From an uncultured Gemmatimonadales bacterium (lineage in GTDB: Bacteria; Gemmatimonadota; Gemmatimonadetes; Gemmatimonadales; GWC2-71-9), in assembly GCA_963825065.1 (NCBI GenBank), contig CAWGRU010000017.1, positions 23,458 through 87,457 on the forward strand: a stretch of 64,000 nt of DNA, given 5' to 3'. Positions 1 to 8,846 of this stretch are shown one piece after another. The notes beneath the pieces are model-generated. The model ran no database searches. It was given only the letters and a program-made list of their open reading frames with translations, and was not told where the DNA came from. Made by a program: the position numbers and the translations under genes. Each line of letters starts with the position of its first letter. The stretch's first letter is position 1.

Positions 1-794
1 CGTACTTCGCCCAGCTGCCGTCGGCCAGCGGCATCCAGAACACTGCGCCGCAGTCGGTGCTCAACACCACCGACAGCCGGCCGCACAACCTGGCCGGGGC
101 GGCGGCAATCAACTTCCCGAACGACTGGCACAAGGGGAGCACGATCGGCACCATCCTGCAGAACACCGGGTTGACGGCGACCTTCCGCTACTCCAGCGGC
201 ACGCCCTACACCGCCTGCCCGGCCGGGGACCAGGCCTCGCTCAACGCCGCGGTGATCTCCGGCGGGGTGTGCGCCAGCCCGGTGACCGGGTCGCAGGACC
301 TGCTCACCACCCGGCTCCCGGCGTACAAGCAGTTCGACCTCAAGGTCACCCGCGGCTTTGCGCTGGGCGGGCTCGACCTGACGGTCTACGGCGACTTCCG
401 GAACCTGTTCAACTTCCGGAACACCCTGAACGTCTTCGCCGCCACCGGCACCACCTCCAACCCGGTCGACTTCGCGAACTTCTTCGGCAACGACAGCTCC
501 AACACCGCCGCGGAAGCCCTCAAGAACGCCGGGGTGTACGGCGCCAACGCCTCGGTCGACCTGTCCGCGGTCAACTGCGACAGCTGGACGTCGGCCACCA
601 GCGGGGCGTCGGGGCCGGTCAACTGTGTCTCGATCCGCCGGGCGGAGCAGCGCTTCGGCAACGGCGACGGAGTCTACACGGTGGCGGAGCAGCGCCGCGC
701 GAGCCGGGCCCGGTATGACACGATTCGCGGCAGCATCGCAAACTTCCTGGACCTGCCGCGCCGGATCCGGGTCGGGATGGAGATCAGCTTCTAG
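1..794 (+). CDS. TonB-dependent outer-membrane receptor, C-terminal beta-barrel part (5' end lies upstream of the window)
   Basis: The frame is open from nt 3 (YFAQLPSASGIQNTAPQS precedes the track GTG at 57), with stop TAG at 792-794. It ends ...RRIRVGMEISF, a terminal aromatic typical of OM barrels. It aligns position-for-position with the C-terminus of the 1105-aa receptor at 58823-62140, so the two are paralogues. Confidence 0.85.
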   Translation, partial: YFAQLPSASGIQNTAPQSVLNTTDSRPHNLAGAAAINFPNDWHKGSTIGTILQNTGLTATFRYSSGTPYTACPAGDQASLNAAVISGGVCASPVTGSQDLLTTRLPAYKQFDLKVTRGFALGGLDLTVYGDFRNLFNFRNTLNVFAATGTTSNPVDFANFFGNDSSNTAAEALKNAGVYGANASVDLSAVNCDSWTSATSGASGPVNCVSIRRAEQRFGNGDGVYTVAEQRRASRARYDTIRGSIANFLDLPRRIRVGMEISF

Positions 795-858
795 GAGAGC
801 TGACGTACCGCGGGGGGAGCGGGGACCGAACGCGCCCCTCGCGCCGGTATGAAGCGTT

Positions 859-891
859 GCGTGGCGGACCGGTGCCTCCGATCCGCCACGC
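859..891 (+). terminator. GC-rich stem-loop after the receptor gene (candidate intrinsic terminator, no U-tract)
   Basis: GCGTGGCGGA (859-868) and TCCGCCACGC (882-891) are perfect reverse complements with a 13-nt loop, 65 nt after the stop at 794. Confidence 0.35.
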
Positions 892-991
892 CGCCGTTCG
901 CCGCGCCGCGCCTGCACTTGAGCGCGGAGTGCTTGGTCGGGCCGCACCGCCGGCGTAGTGTCTGGCGATCCTCACCACAGGCTGCTCCCCC

Positions 992-1513
992 ATGCGCCGA
1001 GTCGCCATCGCCCCTACCCGCGGGGTGATCGCACGTGTCACCGTGGCCGCCGCGACGGTCGCCCTGCTGGACTTTCTGTACGTATTCGTGCTGTGGGTCG
1101 TCATCCGCCAGCGGATCACGACCCGGCACCTGCTGCAGTCCATCGCTTCGGGCCTGCTCGGCCGAGCGGCCTATGAGGGCGGTCCGGGTATGGCGGTGCT
1201 CGGCGCCGTCCTGCATGGCTTCATCGCCCTCATCTGGGTGGTGACCTTCCTGTTCATCGTCAGGGCGCTGACTCCGCTTCAGCGGATGGTCGCCTCCCTG
1301 CGTGGCCGGGTGGTATTCGGTCTCGGCTATGGCGTGTTCGTCTGGTGGTGGATGGACCTGGTCGTCCTGCCGCTCAGCCATGCGCGTCCGGCGCCATTCC
1401 TCTCATGGGTTTTCGCGATGAATACGGTACAGCATGCGCTCATGGTCGGCCTGCCGATCGCGCTGATCGTCGGCCCGGGGGAATCGCCCGCGGCAGAAAC
1501 GACCTCCCGATGA
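992..1513 (+). CDS. polytopic membrane protein of unknown function (first gene of an overlapped four-gene operon)
   Basis: Starts at ATG 992 and has several long hydrophobic segments (LLDFLYVFVLWVVI, VLGAVLHGFIALIWVVTFLFIV, VFVWWWMDLVVL). Its stop TGA 1511-1513 overlaps ATG 1510 of the next gene (ATGA). I recognised no family. Confidence 0.6.
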   Translation: MRRVAIAPTRGVIARVTVAAATVALLDFLYVFVLWVVIRQRITTRHLLQSIASGLLGRAAYEGGPGMAVLGAVLHGFIALIWVVTFLFIVRALTPLQRMVASLRGRVVFGLGYGVFVWWWMDLVVLPLSHARPAPFLSWVFAMNTVQHALMVGLPIALIVGPGESPAAETTSR

Positions 1514-2712
1514 CGGCCTTTCCGACGCCGCGTCGCAATCCTTCCCGCCCCGCGGCCGAGGCGGCAGATTACCGGGTGATGGAATCGACATCGACTCCGA
1601 CCCCCGGGATGCGCAAGGTGCCGGGCTGGGCCGTGGTGATGGGCGTGTGGACGGTCTACGGCCTCATCAGCGCGGCGCAGCAGCATGCGAGCTACTCGCT
1701 CTCCCGGGGCACGGCGCTCCCCTGGCTCACCTCGCTGATCACCCAGATGCCGCTCGCCTACGCCTGTGCCCTGGCCACCCCGGGCATCCACTGGCTGGGC
1801 CGGCGATTCCCCTTCGAGCGCAGAAAGTGGCCGCTCAGCCTCGCAGTGCATCTGGTCGCCAGCCTGGTGTTCGTGCTGGTCCTCAACATCGGCTATGCGT
1901 ACTACGCGCTGCCGCTCCTCCCTCCGCCCCCCACGCCGCGCCCGATCTGGGATCGCGCCATGGCACTTGTCGTGAGCTGGGCGCTGGCGGACACGATGCT
2001 CTACTGCGCCATTCTCAGCGTGAGCGTCGTGGTCGATCACCAGCGCCGGCTGCGGGCGCGGGAACTCAGCGCCTCCCAGCTCGAGACTCAGCTCGCCCGT
2101 GCGGAGCTGCAGGCGCTGCAGATGCAGCTCCAGCCGCACTTTCTCTTCAACGCTCTGCACACGGTTGGCGCCCTCGTCCGCACCGGTGACCGGGACACCG
2201 CGATCCGGGTGGTCACCGGGCTAGGCGACCTGCTCCGCCGGGTGCTCGATCGCGCGAGCCAGCAGGAGGTCCCGCTCCGTCAGGAGCTGGAGTTCGCCCG
2301 CAACTATCTGGAGATCGAGCAGATCCGCTTTCGCGACCGGCTCCAGGTCGAGATCGACGCCGACCCGGAGGTGCTGGAGGCCAGCGTGCCTCATCTGCTG
2401 CTGCAGCCGCTCATCGAGAACGCGATCCGCCACGGCATCACGCCGACGCCGGGCGCCTGCCTGGTTCGGGTCGAGGCGGGACGGGCCGGCACCTATCTCT
2501 GCCTGGTGGTGCGTGACGACGGTGCGGCCACCATGCCGCCGGCGGGCAACCGCCCGACCGAGGGCATCGGGCTCGCGAATACCCGGGCGCGGCTGACACG
2601 GCTGTATGGCGAGGAAGGTCAGCTCGAGTTCCTTCCGGTGCATCCGCGAGGACACGAGGTCCGTATCGCGCTCCCCTATCGGCAGGGCAATGGCCGGGGC
2701 CGGCACCCATGA
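1510..2712 (+). CDS. sensor histidine kinase, LytS/YehU type (His_kinase + HATPase_c)
   Basis: I chose ATG 1510 (ATGA overlap with the upstream stop) over the track start at 1345. It has N-terminal hydrophobic helices, then the LQPHFLFNALHTV H-box typical of PF06580 kinases, then an ATPase region (IENAIRHG ... GIGLANTRARL). Confidence 0.85.
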   Translation: MTAFPTPRRNPSRPAAEAADYRVMESTSTPTPGMRKVPGWAVVMGVWTVYGLISAAQQHASYSLSRGTALPWLTSLITQMPLAYACALATPGIHWLGRRFPFERRKWPLSLAVHLVASLVFVLVLNIGYAYYALPLLPPPPTPRPIWDRAMALVVSWALADTMLYCAILSVSVVVDHQRRLRARELSASQLETQLARAELQALQMQLQPHFLFNALHTVGALVRTGDRDTAIRVVTGLGDLLRRVLDRASQQEVPLRQELEFARNYLEIEQIRFRDRLQVEIDADPEVLEASVPHLLLQPLIENAIRHGITPTPGACLVRVEAGRAGTYLCLVVRDDGAATMPPAGNRPTEGIGLANTRARLTRLYGEEGQLEFLPVHPRGHEVRIALPYRQGNGRGRHP

Positions 2713-3488
2713 CGACAACGATTCCCACCCTGATCGTCGACGATGAACAGGCGGCGCGGGGCGCCCTCCGCCTGTTGCTCGCCGACGACCCGGACATCGA
2801 GGTCGTCGGTGAGTGCGGCGACGGCCGGACGACGCTGGACCGGATCCGTCGCGACCGGCCGGAGCTGGTGTTCCTCGATATCCAGATGCCGGGCATGGAT
2901 GGCCTGACCGTGCTCAGCCAGCTCGACGAGGCCGAGCTGCCGGTCGTGGTGTTCGTGACGGCGTACGACCAGCACGCACTCCGGGCGTTCGACCTCCACG
3001 CGGTGGACTACCTCCTCAAGCCATTCGACGATGCCCGGTTTCACAAGGCGCTGGCCCGAGCCAAGACACGGGTGCGCCAGGGACAGCTCGGCGCGCTCGC
3101 GGGACCGCTGGTTGATCTGCTCTCGGGAATGCGCCGGCCGTCGCCGGGCCGCTGGCTGGAGCGGCTGGTGATCCGCTCCGACGGCCGGGCGCTGATCGTC
3201 CCGGTGGCCGACGTGGACTGGATCGAGGCGCGAGGCGACTACCTGCGGGTGCACGCGGGAACAACCTGGCACCTGCTGCGCGGCACCATGAAGGAGCTGG
3301 AGGGCCAGCTCGACCCCGGGGAGTTCGTGCGGATTCATCGATCCACCATCGTGCGGCTCACGCGCATCAAGGAACTGCAGCCGCATTTCCGTGGAGACTA
3401 CGTGGTCGTCCTGAGGGACGGCACTCACCTGAAGCTCGCGCGAGGCTGCCGTGAGCAGCTCGAGGCGGCGCTGGGCCGGATGCCGTGA
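2709..3488 (+). CDS. LytTR-family response regulator
   Basis: ATG 2709 overlaps the kinase stop (ATGA). It has a CheY-like receiver (LIVDDE ... LDIQMPGMDG ... LLKP) and a C-terminal LytTR DNA-binding domain (... FVRIHRSTIVRL ...). Confidence 0.9.
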   Translation: MTTTIPTLIVDDEQAARGALRLLLADDPDIEVVGECGDGRTTLDRIRRDRPELVFLDIQMPGMDGLTVLSQLDEAELPVVVFVTAYDQHALRAFDLHAVDYLLKPFDDARFHKALARAKTRVRQGQLGALAGPLVDLLSGMRRPSPGRWLERLVIRSDGRALIVPVADVDWIEARGDYLRVHAGTTWHLLRGTMKELEGQLDPGEFVRIHRSTIVRLTRIKELQPHFRGDYVVVLRDGTHLKLARGCREQLEAALGRMP

Positions 3489-4696
3489 GCGCCATCGAGC
3501 CCCTGGCGCCCACCAGTATCCGCGGGGAGCGTACCGCCCGGTTGGAGTCGATCGACGTGCTGCGCGGCATCGTGATGATCCTGATGGCGCTGGATCACGT
3601 GCGTGACTTCTTCGGACAGATCGCGCTCAATCCCACCGACCCCGCCACCACCACGGCGCCCCTCTTCTTCACCCGGTGGATCACCCATCTCTGCGCGCCC
3701 ACCTTCTTCCTCCTCACTGGACTGGGCGCCGGGCTTTCACGCCGCCATCGCACGACCGCCCAACTGTCGAAGCACCTGGTCACCCGCGGGTTGTGGCTGA
3801 TGCTCCTCGAGGTGGTGGTGGTGCGATGCCTCGGCTTCCAGTTCAACTTCGATTACCGGGTGACGTTTCTCACGGTGCTCTGGGCCCTTGGCTGGGCGAT
3901 GATCGCGCTGGGGACGGTGGTGCGATTCACCCCGAAAACCGTTGCCGTCGTCGGCGCCCTGATGATCCTGGGCCATGACCTGCTGGATTCGATTCCCGCG
4001 ACGCTGTTCGGCCCCTTCGCCCCGGTATGGACCTGGCTCCATACACCGGGCGTGGTGTTCGCCGGAACGAGGTTCATGGTCGTGATCGCCTATCCGATCA
4101 TCCCCTGGATCGGCGTGACGATGGTGGGGTACGGGCTCGCCACGGTGTACGAGTGGGCTCCCGGGCGGCGCCGGCGGCTGCTCGCAGGGCTGGGCACGGC
4201 ACTGGCGGCGGCCTTTCTCGTCCTCCGGACGATCAATATCTACGGCGATCCCTCGCGCTGGACTGCGCAGCCGGCACCCGGGCACACGATCCTTTCCTTC
4301 CTCAACACCACCAAGTACCCGCCCTCCCTGCTCTTCCTGCTGATGACGCTGGGACCGGCGCTGCTGCTCCTCGCCCTCCTCGACGACAAGCGCCCGCGAC
4401 TCACCAGGCCGGCGTGGCTGTTCGGCCAGGTGCCGCTGTTCTACTTCCTGGTTCATCTTCCGCTGATCCACCTGCTCGCCGTGGCCGTCTGCTTCGTGCG
4501 GCTGGGCAAGGCGCACTGGCTGTTCGAATCGCCGAGCCTGGATCGGTTCCCCTTCACCCAGCCCCCGGGATGGGGCTTCGGACTGCCGGCGGTCTACGTT
4601 GCCTGGCTCGTGGTCGTGGTGGCGATGTATCCGCTCTGCCGCTGGTACGCCGGCATCAAGCGCGACCATCGCGGGTGGTGGGTGAGCTTTCTCTGA
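3485..4696 (+). CDS. DUF1624 / HGSNAT-like (acyltransferase-type) polytopic membrane protein
   Basis: GTG 3485 overlaps the regulator stop (GTGA). The N-terminal RLESIDVLRGIVMILMALDHVRDFF resembles the DUF1624 signature as I recall it, followed by about 10 hydrophobic helices. Confidence 0.7.
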   Translation: MSAIEPLAPTSIRGERTARLESIDVLRGIVMILMALDHVRDFFGQIALNPTDPATTTAPLFFTRWITHLCAPTFFLLTGLGAGLSRRHRTTAQLSKHLVTRGLWLMLLEVVVVRCLGFQFNFDYRVTFLTVLWALGWAMIALGTVVRFTPKTVAVVGALMILGHDLLDSIPATLFGPFAPVWTWLHTPGVVFAGTRFMVVIAYPIIPWIGVTMVGYGLATVYEWAPGRRRRLLAGLGTALAAAFLVLRTINIYGDPSRWTAQPAPGHTILSFLNTTKYPPSLLFLLMTLGPALLLLALLDDKRPRLTRPAWLFGQVPLFYFLVHLPLIHLLAVAVCFVRLGKAHWLFESPSLDRFPFTQPPGWGFGLPAVYVAWLVVVVAMYPLCRWYAGIKRDHRGWWVSFL

Positions 4697-4926
4697 CCTG
4701 CCGGGCAGCCGGCCCGCGCGTGCCGCAGCCCTGAACCTGCCACGCCCCACCATCGAATAAGGATCCTGCCGCGTCAGATGCGCCCCTGATTCGCCCGCGC
4801 ATCCGCGCCTTCGTTCGCAGCTCTCCCGCGTCCGCTTCCGGGACGCCCAATCCCACCACGGGACAGTGCACAGGTTGGAACACGGCCCAATCCTCTGCGA
4901 GGCAAGGATTTGTCGAAGGCGGCGGC

Positions 4927-4941
4927 TGGCACGACACTTTC
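4927..4941 (+). promoter_or_regulatory. weak sigma-54-like -24/-12 element upstream of the ADOP permease gene
   Basis: TGGCACGacacTTTC compared with the consensus TGGCACG-N4-TTGC. There is one mismatch in the -12 box. It lies about 100 nt upstream of ATG 5040. Confidence 0.2.
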
Positions 4942-5039
4942 CTTTGTGAGGGTGCGGCCGACCCCCTGCCCCGACCTCATCACCCTGGCACCGCGCATCC
5001 GCCGCCGTAACCCCTCGTCCCTCGCCGGAGACCAGTCCC

Positions 5040-7460
5040 ATGGATGCGTTCCTCACCGATCTCGTGCATGCACTCAGGAGTCTCCGCCAAAGCCCGGGGT
5101 TCGCGGTGGTGGCCATCCTCACCCTGGGCCTGGGCATCGGCGCCAACGTCGCGATCTTCAGTGTCGTCAACGCGGCGCTGATCCGCCCGCTCCCCTATCC
5201 CGATGCGGACCGGCTGGTCCAGGTCTCTCCTGAAACCCGGAAGATGAGCGGATCGGCCTCACCGCCGGACTTCGCCGACTGGCGGCGCGACGCCCACTCG
5301 TTCACCGAGATGGCTGCGGTGGACCAGAACTCCTGGGCGCTCAGCGCCGACGGCCCCGCCGAACAGGTCCCGGGGGCCAGAGTGACACCGGGGTTCTTCC
5401 GGGTGATGGGAGTTTCACCGGCTGCCGGCCGTGGCTTCACCGAGGACGAGGCGGTGCCCGGCCAGACCGATGCGGTCGTGATCAGCGAACGGCTCTGGCG
5501 TACCCGGTTCGGCGCCAATCCCGCCACCGTCGGCAGCCGCATCCGCCTCGACGGGACGAGCCGGCTGGTGACCGGGATCATGCCTGCCGGTTTCGATTTC
5601 CCCGGTGGATCCGACCTCTGGCTCCCGCTCGGCTTCAGCGCCGACGAGCTCGCCACCCAGCGCGGGGCGCACTATCTCGACGTCTATGCGCGGCTCGCAC
5701 CGGGCGCCGGCCTGACCGATGCCGGACGCGAGATGGCGGCGATCGCCGAGCGGATCGGGAAGGAGTATCCGCAGAGCAATCCGGGCCAGACGGTGCGATT
5801 GACCACCCTGCACGATTCCCTGGTGGGCCCCGCACGGGGCGCGCTGCTTCTACTGCTCGCCGCCGTGGGGGTCGTGCTGCTCATCGCCTCGGTCAACGTG
5901 GCCAACCTGCTGCTCGCCCGCGGCACGGGCCGCGCCCGGGAGGTAGCCGTCCGGGCGGCGCTCGGCGCCTCCGCCGGGCGACTCGCCTCGCTGGTGCTGG
6001 CGGAGAGCATCTGCCTCGGATTGGCCGGTACGCTGCTCGGGCTGGCCATCGCAACCCTGGGCACCGACGTCATCGTGGCAATGGCACCGCCCATCGCCGG
6101 CCTCAAGGACGTGCCGGTCGACCGCACCGTCTTCGGGTTCGCCCTGGCGGAAGGGCTGTTCACCGGCCTCCTCTTCGGACTGCTGCCGGCGCTCCGCAGC
6201 GGGCGTCGCCTCGACCTGCAGCAGGGGCTGCGGGATGGCGGTGCCGCCGTCGGCAGCCGTGGCGGACGTCGCTCGCGTTCCATCCTGGTCGCGGCGGAGG
6301 TCGCGCTCGCCGTCGTCCTGGTGATCGGAGCAGGACTGCTGCTCAAGAGCTTCGCCCGGCTTCGTAACGTGGAGACCGGCTTCGATCCACGCGGAGTGCT
6401 CACCTTTCAGGTTTCGCTTCCCGACCAGTACACCCCGGAGCGCAGCGCCCAGTTCTACGCGGGGCTGATCGATCGCATCCGCGCGCTGCCCGGAGTACAG
6501 TCGGCCGGGGCGGTCTTCGGCTTGCCGCTCTCGAACTTCGGATTCCAGATCTCGGTGAACGAACTCGACGGGCGAAAGCTCGCGTCGGAGGAGCAGGATC
6601 GTACCGTCAGCCCGCAGGTCCGGGTGATTACCCCCGAATACCTCAAGACCATGGGGATCTCACTCGACCGGGGGCGTGGCTTCACCGCCGCCGATCGCGA
6701 AGGCACCGCGCCGGTGATCCTGGTCAATGAGACCGCAGCGCGCCGGTTGTGGAACGACGCCGACCCGCTGGGACGCCGCCTCACCCTCAGCACCACCATG
6801 GGATTCGGGAGGGGGCGCATCGGCGGCGAGGTCGTCGGGGTCGTGGCCGATACCCGCGACCTGTCGCTCAGGGCGCCTCCGCGACCCCAGGTGTACCTGG
6901 TGCACGACCAGGTCCCCACCGGCTACATGTCCGTGGTGATCAAGTCCAGCGTGGCGCCGGAAGCGCTCGCGAAGCAGGTACGAACCGAGGTGGCCGCCCT
7001 CGATGCGGAAGTGCCGATTTTCAGTGTTCGCACCATGGAGGAGTGGCTGGGCCGGGCGGTAGGGGCGCCGCGGTTCTACGCACTGTTGCTCGGGCTCTTC
7101 GCCGGGCTCGCGCTGCTGCTCTCGCTCATCGGGGTGTACGGCGTCCTCACTCAGGCGGTCGGCGAGCGAACCCGGGAGATCGGGCTCCGGATCGCGTTAG
7201 GCGCCGAACCGGCTCGAGTCCAGACCCTCGTGATGCGGCAGGGCCTGCGGCCCGCCGCGTTCGGGCTGGGGGTGGGTCTGCTGCTGGCGTTCGCGGTGAC
7301 GCCGGTCCTCCGCAGCCTGCTGTACGACGTCTCGCCCTTGGATGCGCCGACCTATCTGCTGGTCGTCGGCCTGCTGCTCCTCACCGCACTCGCCGCCTCC
7401 TGGATCCCCGCCCGGCGGGCCGCGCGGGTGGACCCGCTGGTGGCACTCAAGGCGGAGTAA
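5040..7460 (+). CDS. ADOP-type duplicated MacB/FtsX-family ABC permease (no partner ATPase nearby)
   Basis: The N-terminus MDAFLTDLVHALRSLRQSPGFAVVAILTLGLGIGANVAIFSV is typical of this family. The 806-aa chain has two MacB-like periplasmic plus FtsX 4-TM halves, which is the TIGR03434 architecture. Confidence 0.9.
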   Translation: MDAFLTDLVHALRSLRQSPGFAVVAILTLGLGIGANVAIFSVVNAALIRPLPYPDADRLVQVSPETRKMSGSASPPDFADWRRDAHSFTEMAAVDQNSWALSADGPAEQVPGARVTPGFFRVMGVSPAAGRGFTEDEAVPGQTDAVVISERLWRTRFGANPATVGSRIRLDGTSRLVTGIMPAGFDFPGGSDLWLPLGFSADELATQRGAHYLDVYARLAPGAGLTDAGREMAAIAERIGKEYPQSNPGQTVRLTTLHDSLVGPARGALLLLLAAVGVVLLIASVNVANLLLARGTGRAREVAVRAALGASAGRLASLVLAESICLGLAGTLLGLAIATLGTDVIVAMAPPIAGLKDVPVDRTVFGFALAEGLFTGLLFGLLPALRSGRRLDLQQGLRDGGAAVGSRGGRRSRSILVAAEVALAVVLVIGAGLLLKSFARLRNVETGFDPRGVLTFQVSLPDQYTPERSAQFYAGLIDRIRALPGVQSAGAVFGLPLSNFGFQISVNELDGRKLASEEQDRTVSPQVRVITPEYLKTMGISLDRGRGFTAADREGTAPVILVNETAARRLWNDADPLGRRLTLSTTMGFGRGRIGGEVVGVVADTRDLSLRAPPRPQVYLVHDQVPTGYMSVVIKSSVAPEALAKQVRTEVAALDAEVPIFSVRTMEEWLGRAVGAPRFYALLLGLFAGLALLLSLIGVYGVLTQAVGERTREIGLRIALGAEPARVQTLVMRQGLRPAAFGLGVGLLLAFAVTPVLRSLLYDVSPLDAPTYLLVVGLLLLTALAASWIPARRAARVDPLVALKAE

Positions 7461-7476
7461 CAAGACGCTGCCCCGC

Positions 7477-7492
7477 CCCGCCCTTCGGCGGG
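7477..7492. terminator. short GC stem-loop between convergent genes (weak terminator candidate)
   Basis: CCCGCC-CTTC-GGCGGG lies between stop 7460 (+) and stop 7514 (-). The stem is only 6 bp. Confidence 0.25.
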
Positions 7493-7513
7493 TCGGGCGG
7501 TGCCGCGACCAGC

Positions 7514-8590
7514 TCAGTGATGACTCGGATCGACCCGCTGCCAGGTCCCGCTCGCAGAGACGTTGGGATTGAAGTTCGGGTCGTTCGCCAGGATGTACTC
7601 TCCGCCGCGTGACATCCAGACGTCAGTGTAGCCGGTGGGAAGCTGCACATCCTGGTTGCCGAAGGGGTCGTGATAGGTCTCGACCCCGCGGATGTACTGG
7701 GTGAACGCCTCCGCGCTCCGGTCCTCCGACGCGCGCCGGTTCTCCCACACCTGCTGCTGCATGTCGCTCATCTCGTCGGTGGTCCGCGCGATGTAGCGGC
7801 TGAGTTCTCCCGCGTTGCGGATGGCCTGCATCTGGTTCTGGATCCAGGCCTCCCGCACCTGCAGCACCCGGCCGAACCAGCCCCGGTTCACCCGCGTCGA
7901 GGCGAAGATCGTCTCCAGGATCGGCGCCTGCCGGTCGAGCTGGCCCTTCTCGGCCCGGAAACCGAAGAGCCGCTCGGGTCCCCAGAAGATCACGCCCGGC
8001 ACCATCGGCACCTGCGCGTAGACGATCACGCTGTAGATGTCCTCTTCGTAGCTCCTCGTCCCCTCCCGGTACTCGATGCGGGTCCGCGCCGCGGACACCT
8101 GCTTGAGTGCGCCCGCCTCCTGCACCGTCGGGGCGACCGCCGCCGCCAGCTCCGGCAGCGGATCGGTGCGGATCACGGTGGGCGAGACCCGGCCACGGAC
8201 CGCGGGCAGCAGTACCTGGCGCACGAAGTTGTCGGGATCCATCGGCTGCACCACGTAGCTGCCGAGGTACAGGCTGCCCGGCGGGAAACCGAAGAAGCCC
8301 CGCTCGTTCCAGGTGTAGGGTAGCGTGGGGAAGAATTCGAGGGCCCGGGTTCCGCTGGGGTCGCTCAAGCGCAGCTGCAGGTAGGCGAGGGTGGAGATTT
8401 CGGGCCGCCACACGATTCCGCCTTCCGTCCGCCAGTCCTGCGGCACCAGCATCCTGAAGGCCTCTTCGTTGTTCATCATCGGGTCGAGGACCTGCTGCAT
8501 CCGGAGCCGCAGCGCCGGGTTCTGCCCGGCGAGTGCCCCGCCGAAAGTCATGAGAGCAGTGAACAATCCCGCGGATCCGAGGCGACGCAT
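7514..8590 (-). CDS. secreted protein of unknown function
   Basis: I moved the start to ATG 8590 (MRRLGSAGLFTALMTFGGALAGQ, signal-peptide-like). It is a long ORF with ordinary amino-acid composition. I recognised no domain. Confidence 0.65.
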   Translation of the reverse strand: MRRLGSAGLFTALMTFGGALAGQNPALRLRMQQVLDPMMNNEEAFRMLVPQDWRTEGGIVWRPEISTLAYLQLRLSDPSGTRALEFFPTLPYTWNERGFFGFPPGSLYLGSYVVQPMDPDNFVRQVLLPAVRGRVSPTVIRTDPLPELAAAVAPTVQEAGALKQVSAARTRIEYREGTRSYEEDIYSVIVYAQVPMVPGVIFWGPERLFGFRAEKGQLDRQAPILETIFASTRVNRGWFGRVLQVREAWIQNQMQAIRNAGELSRYIARTTDEMSDMQQQVWENRRASEDRSAEAFTQYIRGVETYHDPFGNQDVQLPTGYTDVWMSRGGEYILANDPNFNPNVSASGTWQRVDPSHH

Positions 8591-8683
8591 GATCCCTCCC
8601 AGTGCTGCTTTGAGGCAGCATAGCACTGGGCGAGTGAAGCACTGCTGAATGACCGAATAAGTTTCTCACGGCCCGGCCGGCCG

Positions 8684-8705
8684 GTCATGAGGCGATCCTC
8701 ATGAC
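8684..8705. other. perfect 9-bp stem / 4-nt loop palindrome (terminator or operator candidate)
   Basis: GTCATGAGG-CGAT-CCTCATGAC. It lies between the stop of the gene at 8847 and the start of the gene at 8590, both on the minus strand. Confidence 0.3.
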
Positions 8706-8846
8706 GCTGTTCCGACCAGCATCGAACACGCCAGCGACTCGCCCGACACTCGTCGGCGGGAATCTCCGCTGCCGGCGACTCAGAGGTGGTGCGGCCTCGC
8801 GAGAGCGCCGCGCTCACTCCGGCAAACCGGTACGCCGACGTTCCGC

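Noticed and set aside
3737-5170. 477-aa minus-strand ORF overlapping the DUF1624 gene and the ADOP 5' region
   Set aside because: It is antisense to a gene with a recognisable family signature. Its translation is dominated by Arg/Gly/Pro/Glu/His runs, and it has no motif or start context. This is a typical high-GC shadow ORF.
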